64,000 bases of DNA from Octopus vulgaris (lineage: Eukaryota): contig OX597819.1 of assembly GCA_951406725.2 (NCBI GenBank), positions 129,704,001-129,768,000 on the forward strand, in the 5' to 3' direction. This document shows, piece after piece, positions 56,670 to 64,000 of this stretch. A program made the translations under genes and the position numbers. Within the stretch, counting starts at the first letter, position 1. Each line of letters opens with the position of its first letter. Under the pieces are notes generated by a model that worked only from the letters and a program-made list of their open reading frames with translations, searched no databases and was not told the origin of the DNA.

Positions 56670-56835
56670 AAACTTGCAAGAAGTAACAACCAAATCCGTC
56701 TCAAATTACACTGTAGGCTCTTAGAAAAGGACGTGTTGGACCCAGATTCCCTGAATACAGACGGGATGGTCATAGCTAGAATATCTTCAACGATAGGTCT
56801 ACTCGATCACGACCGACCAAGGGCTAAACAACGAT
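56670..56835 (+). mobile_element. Family E copy
   Basis: TGCAAGAAGTAACAACCAAATCCGTCTCAAATTACAC..GACGGGATGGTCATAGCTAGAAT..GGTCTACTCGATCA..GGGCTAAACAAC. Confidence 0.65.
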
Positions 56836-57549
56836 GAAAATCCATATCCTCATTAACATCATTACCCTCCAACTTTTCTCTTTTAACCCTTTTACTCTTC
56901 TATAACCTCGCCTTCTACAACCCCACCTTCATCTTCGTACTTTTATCTTTAACTCCTCCCCGCCATCAAACCCAACACCACCTCCACTTCCTCCTTCTAC
57001 TCGAACTCGATCTCATCCTTCTACTTTACGCCTTAACTCCTCCTCCCATCACGTTTCCCAAGGTCTTTGTCCTTTCTACCCCAAACCCCATCCCTTTCAT
57101 TTCTGCCATCCTCTTCATTTTTGCTTCTCACACTCTTCGTACAAACCCCATCAAAGTTATCGATTCCCCTCACTTTATTTCTCATTCCTTTCCTTCTCTT
57201 TCTCTCTATATAATGAGAAAACTTAATTTCCTTGGGATTCCAGATATTAGCCCCAGAAAAACAGGTTCCCCCTCAAGATTTCCATTTGAAAGTCTCTCGA
57301 CCCACCTCCTCCATACGGCGCTCCACCTCGCCAGAAAGAAAGGAAAATAGGGAAAAGAGAAAGAAAGGAAAGACGATAAAAGGATATATATAGGAAATAT
57401 ATATGTATATGTAATATATATATACGCATACACATACATACAAACACACACATACATACATACATGGATTTATCTGGATAACACCGTACAAAATTCTGGT
57501 GCATCTGACTTAAGTACCATATTCATTTGAATCTAAATTTTGCTGAACT

Positions 57550-57600
<51 letters not shown>

Positions 57601-57639
57601 ACACCTCAAAGGATCCATGTCTTTTCCAAGTAAAAGGCT

Positions 57640-57860
57640 CTCAAAGCCAGGTCAGTTTCAAGGATTCTGTGGGGCCTATATACTCCCCACCACCACCTGG
57701 ATGGGCGCCGGGCCGTCGTGGGATTATCCATTTGTTACCAACTGGAGCAACGTCAAATAAAGTGTTCTGCTCATGAACACAACACATTACCCAGTCTAGT
57801 AATCGAAATCACAATCTTGCGATCATGAGGGCAACTCCCTTAATCACTAAACCAGGCACC
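57640..57860 (-). mobile_element. Decayed tRNA-headed SINE (C/D-type head)
   Basis: CTGGAGCAACGTCAAATAAAGTGTTCTGCTCATGAACACAAC..AATCGAAATCACAATCTTGCGATC. Confidence 0.6.
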
Positions 57861-57878
57861 TACGAATACATACATACT

Positions 57879-58128
57879 ACATGATGGCTGCCCCCTCGTT
57901 ATTGAGTATGGCCATTGCACGACGCTTAACTGTTATCGGTGCTGTGATCGAATGTGACTTTTTAGCCCAGCTAAAGATCTACAATGTCTTGTACAGAATT
58001 GGCAACTAAAACCTTTACCGGCAATAGCCAGCTGTAGTTGTTACTGGGCTTCATGTACCTTTGCATGTCGTTTAAGTCCTCCTGCCGAATTACACTCTCT
58101 TCCACATGCCCGGCAGATGTGATTAGTA
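57879..58128 (-). mobile_element. RTE-type LINE 3' end (second copy)
   Basis: Highly similar to 43891-44138; TACA repeats on both sides. Confidence 0.75.
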
Positions 58129-58178
58129 TATGTTAGTACATACATACATACATACATACATACATACATACATACATA

Positions 58179-59500
58179 CAGTAGAAACTCGGTTCACTAA
58201 CGCCTCTCATCACGAACAAATCGGTTTACGAACAAGTTTTCATGCACAAAGCGTCTCGGCTGACGAACGGCGTCTCGAGTAGCGAACGTGCAAGCTGGCA
58301 AGAACGGTTTGCGACAGTGTGCGAGTATCAGCGGGAAAACGTAAGTTGAGGGTCTAGCTTCCACTCAGTGAACATTCCTGCTGTGCCTTCTCTTGGATTT
58401 TTTTTTTAATGTATGAATTAGTAGATAAGACACTGTGGGACCAAAAAATGATAACGATAGACAAGTAAAAAAACAAAATTACGATAGAGGTGAAGAGAGA
58501 AATTGTAGCCAAACATGGAAATGTTGTTCGTGTCTCTGATCTTATTAAATATAATAAAAAATAAAGAGACGGCCCAAGAGATCCGATATTGCATGAACAG
58601 TGACAGTTCTTAATGAACAAAGATCACAAACGGAGAAACGGCCGCTGGTTTGGATGAACGAGAGACTGCTAGATAGTAATAGTGTTTCTGAAGGCATCAT
58701 ATGACAATGCATGGTGATCTGGTAGAAAAATACCCGGGTATGAGTGCTGGTACTAATTTTTCCCGAGCCAGGAGAGAGTTTACTCTTTACTCTCTTTTAC
58801 TTGTTTCAGTCATTTGACTGCGGCCATGCTGGAGCACCGCCTTTAGTCGAGCAAATCGACCCCGGGACTTATTCTTTGTAAGCCCAGTACTTATTCTATC
58901 GGTCTCTTTTGCCGAACCGCTAAGTGACGGGGACGTAAACACACCAGCATCGGTTGTCAAGCAATGCTGGAGGGACAAACACAGACACACAAACATATAC
59001 ACACACACTTATATACATATATACATACATACGACAGGCTTCTTTCAGTTTCCGTCTACCAAATCCACTCACAAGGCATTGGTCGGTCCGGGGCTATAGC
59101 AGAAGACACTTGCCCAAGATGCCACGCAGTGGGACTGAACCCGGAACCATGTGGTTGGTTAGCAAGCTACTTACCACACAGCCACTCCTGTTGTCTTGAA
59201 AATTTTAAGAAGTGTAGTTAGGGTTGGGGAAACTGCAAATGCGAACCAAAAGGCTGCTGAAAAATTTGTGCCGCATTTTAGTGACTACATAAAGGCTGAG
59301 GAATTTCTTTCACAGCAAGTGTTTAACTGTGACGAAACTGGTCTATTCTGGAGGAAAATGCTAAGGAGGACATGCACAACTCAAGAGGGAAAATTATCAC
59401 CAAGACACAAGCTAATAATGGAAAGACTTCAAGGTCAAACAATTCCTTGTCTACCATTCGGAGAATCCGAGGGTATTTAAGAAAAACAATGTGATAACAA
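58179..59500 (+). mobile_element. Tigger/pogo-like DNA transposon remnant
   Basis: TA + CAGTAGAAACTCGG start; ITIEVKREIVAKHGNVVRVSDL (CENP-B-type HTH) and QQVFNCDETGLFWRKMLRRT (pogo first-D motif); interrupted by SINE B; no right TIR seen. Confidence 0.8.
58779..59190 (-). mobile_element. SINE family B nested in the Tigger remnant
   Basis: Near-identical to 22572-22968. Confidence 0.92.
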
Positions 59501-59620
59501 TGTGATAATGCACCTGTTTACCATCCAGGCTTGGCAGACTGAGTTGGTGGAGGAGCTGAGTGTCATCATAATACATCATATGTATAATATATATATATAT
59601 TATATATATGTATGTATATA

Positions 59621-60984
59621 CAGTTGCGGCCAAAATGTTCAGAACGGCATTGTTTTCGTCAGAAAAGTAGGTATAAGTTTTTATCAAAGTTGTTTATATT
59701 CTATAATTTTCACAGACAATAAATACAATATTAATTGTTATTGTCTGAGATTTTGGTGTAATTTGAGAGGATAATACAAAAGTTATGGATGATTTAGTGA
59801 TTTACTGCAAAACCCATAGCGGCCAAAATGATCAGAACGGTTGAAAAAATAACAAAATAATCAAAAATGACAGAGAATACTGGAATTATTTAATATTTAG
59901 TGTGAAGCCCTTTAGCTTCAATCACACTCTGACATCTTCGACTGCATGAGGAAATTAAATTTTCAATTTCTTGCTGAGTGATCTTATTCCATTCTTCCTG
60001 AAGGGCATTCCATAATTGCTCAGTTGTTTTAGGATTTCTGGCTTTCGAAAGTTCTCCTAGAATATTCCACACATTTTCAATAGGATTGAGATCTGGGCTT
60101 TGAGCTGGCCAATCCATAACAATAACCTTTTCAGCCTTCAGGAAGTTCATGACCACCTTAGCCTTGTGACATGGGGCATTGTCCTGCATGAATATGGGTG
60201 GTCGCTTAGTTGAATTACTCAGTACAGGCAAGACATGATCTTTTACAAGTTGTTTATAAACTCCTGCATTTAACTTTCCATGTAATCTCACCAAAGGGCC
60301 CACACCATCTCCAGATATCATTCCCCAAACCATGACACTTCCTCCACCGAATTTAACACTAGTCTTAAGGCTGCTCATTTTTCGAGAAACAGCAGCAGCA
60401 GTTTTAAATCTGTCCTTTTTAACCAACTTTACCATAGCACAATCTTCTCTCTTGGTCGTTTTTCTTGGCCTACCTATAAACTTTCTTGCTTCACACGAAC
60501 CACAATCATCGTAGACCTTAAGAATACCTTGTACAACACTTTTTGACTTGTTAACAATCTTTGCAATAGATCCAATACTTAAATTATCCTTCCTTCGAAG
60601 CTTAATAATCTGCTGACGAATTGGTAACGGAGTAAGTGGCATTAAATTAACAAAGTACACTGCAAATATTCTTACTAATGTTTAGTAAACGAACCGTCAC
60701 GTAAACAAATTCAAAACATTAGAGTTCGCCGGTTAAATATACTAAAACACGGAGTAAAAGCAACTGTTCTGATCATTTTGGCCGCCATGGGTTTTGCAGT
60801 AAATCACTAAATCATCGATAACTTTTGTATTGTCTTCTCAAATTACACCAAAATCTCAGGCAATAACAAATAATATTGTATGTATTGTCTGTGAAAATTA
60901 TAGAATATAAAACAACATTGATAAAAAATTATATCTACTTTTCTGACGAAAACAATGCCGTTCTGAACATTTTGGCCGCAACTG
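59621..60984 (-). mobile_element. Tc1-family IR/DR transposon with ~220-bp TIRs
   Basis: TA-flanked; 59621-59843 is inverted at 60761-60984; GCGGCCAAAATG(T/A)TCAGAAC repeated at the outer and inner ends of each TIR. Confidence 0.97.
59890..60642 (-). CDS. Tc1 transposase, open 250-aa frame with in-frame internal deletion
   Basis: MPLTPLPIRQQII..GRPRKTT..KFGGGSVMVWG..FMQDNAPCH..WPAQSPDLNPIENVW..KGLHTKY*; second HTH and first catalytic D (FSDE-type) block missing between SRKMSS and LKTSVK. Confidence 0.85.
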   Translation of the reverse strand: MPLTPLPIRQQIIKLRRKDNLSIGSIAKIVNKSKSVVQGILKVYDDCGSCEARKFIGRPRKTTKREDCAMVKLVKKDRFKTAAAVSRKMSSLKTSVKFGGGSVMVWGMISGDGVGPLVRLHGKLNAGVYKQLVKDHVLPVLSNSTKRPPIFMQDNAPCHKAKVVMNFLKAEKVIVMDWPAQSPDLNPIENVWNILGELSKARNPKTTEQLWNALQEEWNKITQQEIENLISSCSRRCQSVIEAKGLHTKY

Positions 60985-61004
60985 TATAAATAATATATAT
61001 GCAA

Positions 61005-61057
<53 letters not shown>

Positions 61058-61060
<3 letters not shown>

Positions 61061-61112
61061 TGTGGATACAGGACGCCACCAACAGTAAAGAACATGAAAT
61101 ACGAAAACGAAT
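61058..61112 (-). mobile_element. Tip of the GTCCTGTA(C/T)CCA-ending family in (TA)n
   Basis: Reverse complement matches 27972-28020. Confidence 0.6.
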
Positions 61113-61498
61113 GACACTGCGGCCATACTAAGGGCACCTCTTTGAGGTATTTTAGTCGAACTAACGCCTGGTACTGATTCTAAAGGGCCTTTTTGCCTAA
61201 CAACTAAGTTACGGGGACGTAAACATACCATCACTGGTTTTCAATCATTGGTGGTGGGGGACTAACACAGGCACAAAGATACACACACACACACAGACAA
61301 ACCTACACATACACACACACAGACAAACCCACACATACACACACATACAACGAGCCTCATTCAGTTTAGGTCTACCAATTCTATTCACTATAGCCCGAGG
61401 CTATAGTAGAAGATACGTGTGCAAGGTGCCACACAGTGGGACTGAACCCGGAACCATGTGGTTTGTAAGCAAGCTACTTACCACACAGCCACACCCGT
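61110..61498 (-). mobile_element. SINE family B (older)
   Basis: Colinear with other family B copies, more diverged. Confidence 0.85.
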
Positions 61499-61524
61499 GT
61501 CTAATATATATTATATTATATATT

Positions 61525-61690
61525 GGTGCAGGAGTGGCTGTGTGGTAAGTAGCTTGCTTACAAACCACATGGTTCTGGGTTCAGTCCAGTCCCACTGTGT
61601 GACACATTGGGCAAGTGTCTTTTACTATAGCCTCGGGCCGACCAAAGCCTTGTGGGAGGATTTGGTAGACGGAAACTGAAAGAAGCCCGT

Positions 61691-61736
<46 letters not shown>

Positions 61737-61942
61737 GTGTGTGTGTGTGTGTACGTGTTTGTGTCTGTGTTTGTCCCCTCAACATCGCTTCACAACCGGT
61801 TCTGGTGTGTTTACGTACCCGGTAAAAGAGACCAATAGAATAAGTACTAGGCTTACAGACAATAAGTCCCGGGGTCGAATAGCTCGATTGAAGGCAGTGC
61901 CCCAGTATGGCCGCAGTCAAATGATTGAAACAAGTAAAAGAA
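61525..61942 (+). mobile_element. SINE family B, head-to-head with the previous copy
   Basis: GGTGCAGGAGTGGCTGTGTGGTAAG..GAAACAAGTAAAAG. Confidence 0.9.
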
Positions 61943-62259
61943 TATATGTGTGTATGTTTGGGCGTGTGTGTGTGTGTATACTTTATATGTGCGTTAACAA
62001 GGCAACCTATGGTTTCATGTGGAGGGGTCTTCACAATTGTTTAAACGTGCAACATACACACACATACATACACATATATATGTATGTATGTATGTAGTGT
62101 TAGTGTAGGATGTATCAGGGAGCGATGACAAGAATACAAATCCAGTTGACAGAGTTGTCGGTCTGTACACACCAGAATCCTTAGAATGTATGGATGTACA
62201 TTTTAGTTACGTAATATTACTGCAAAATGTGCATTGACTTTTCTTTACATGCCTCTGTG

Positions 62260-62322
62260 CGTGTGCTTGAGTATATGCATGTATATATGTATGTATGTAT
62301 ATACATATATATAAATATATGC

Positions 62323-62364
<42 letters not shown>

Positions 62365-62462
62365 GTGTGTGTGTGTGTGTATTATATATTCTCACGTCGT
62401 TTGCTATCTATCTACCCTGTATCTACCTACCTACCTACCTACCTACCTACCTACCTACCTAC

Positions 62463-62512
<50 letters not shown>

Positions 62513-62535
62513 CTCTCTCTCTCTCTATATATGTA

Positions 62536-62567
<32 letters not shown>

Positions 62568-62830
62568 CACACAGACACATATATCCGAATATATAGTATG
62601 AGAACACATATGTAAATGTAAATACCTATTTATATATTTAAATATATGAACCCATTTATATATCTAAATATATATATTTTTGAATGTGTGTCTATGTGTA
62701 ACTATATATATGTCACTATATATGTATAAATATATATATATATATATATATATGTCACTATATATACATATACATAAATGTATATATATTCATATAATTA
62801 AGTACACATGCATACATACACACACATATG

Positions 62831-62866
<36 letters not shown>

Positions 62867-63960
62867 CATATATAACATATATATATATATATACATGTAC
62901 AGACACGCACACACTCGCATACCCGACGTCATGTATATGCCAGTATATATGCAGTTCTCTTCGTGTGCAGTACGTGCACAAGCATGCGCATTTGCATGCA
63001 TGGGTGGATGTAATATTGCCCAGTGGATGGAACGGATGACTCTTATGATCATATATATATATATATATACAGGAAAAAAATCCCAAGCAATATAAAATGG
63101 ACCGTTATTGTTAAATATGAATGAATATGCACTCAATATATGTGTATAAGTATAGTTTTTGTACATATATGTATGTTACTATATATTCATATATATGTAT
63201 GTATACATGCATATATATATGCATATGAAAACACACACACACATTTATACACACATGCATGTAAATATGTATATACACACGCACATACACACTCACACAC
63301 GCACATATAGACACACACGCATACTCACACAGAGATATACATATACATTTTCATGAACTCATACGCATACGCACTGATATATGTATATTTGTGTGTGTGT
63401 GTGTATGCGTGTGTGTATATATGTATATATATGTACGCATATATATATGTACGCATATATATATATATATACATATGTACGCATATATTGATATATAATC
63501 ATTTAAATACATGTATATTGAAACACACATTTACATATATCTATTGTATACATACTACTAACATATATATATGCAGATTTATACTTAAACATACACAAAT
63601 ATACACAGACAGGTTCTCACACATATGAATAGGCATGCACCGATCCATCCATACAGCCACACTCACAAACACCTGTATGGTGATACTAATATACGTATAT
63701 ATTTAGATATACGTGTATACACACACACACACACACTCTCTCTCTCTCACACACACAAACACATATATATAGATAGATAGTTAGAGAGAGAGACAGAGAG
63801 AGAAAGAGAGAGAGAATGAGAGATAGAGAGAATGCATGTGCGTGCCTGTATGTGTGTGTATATATTTATGGACATATGTATAAACACCCATTGCACGTAC
63901 GATGCATATAAATACATATACCTATATAAATATATGTATATATAAGCAAATATACATTTA
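62260..63960. repeat. Degenerate (TA)/(CA)/(TACC)/(TATC) microsatellite field
   Basis: Directly visible. Confidence 0.93.
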
Positions 63961-64000
63961 TATATTTGAGGGCTATTCGATTAGCATCGATCCCAACGTT

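Noticed and set aside
56240-56837. Pro/His-rich ORFs
   Set aside because: Built from degenerate (CCA/CAA)n and a family E repeat.

Overview
AT-rich eukaryotic DNA dominated by microsatellites ((TA)n, (CA)n, (TACA)n, (TATC)n, (GA)n, trinucleotide arrays) and transposon debris. The repeat families look like those of an octopus (coleoid cephalopod) genome; this is my recognition, not a database result. I can support no host protein-coding exon, and nearly all long ORFs in the track are translations of simple repeats. Recognisable elements: a full-length decayed mariner (21.2-22.5 kb), an IR/DR Tc1 with an open but internally deleted transposase (59.6-61.0 kb), a DD37D-like and a Tigger/pogo remnant, RTE, L1/Tx1 and R4/Dong LINE fragments, and about 30 copies of several tRNA-headed SINE families. 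The most interesting signal is a set of at least four unrelated short element families sitting in (TA)n arrays and carrying minimal type-I hammerhead ribozyme motifs. One is attached to a Penelope GIY-YIG C-terminus, and one is a 362-bp tandem-plus-inverted, retrozyme-like unit whose inverted copy ends at the predicted cleavage site. Boundaries were read by eye and may be off by a few to tens of bases.
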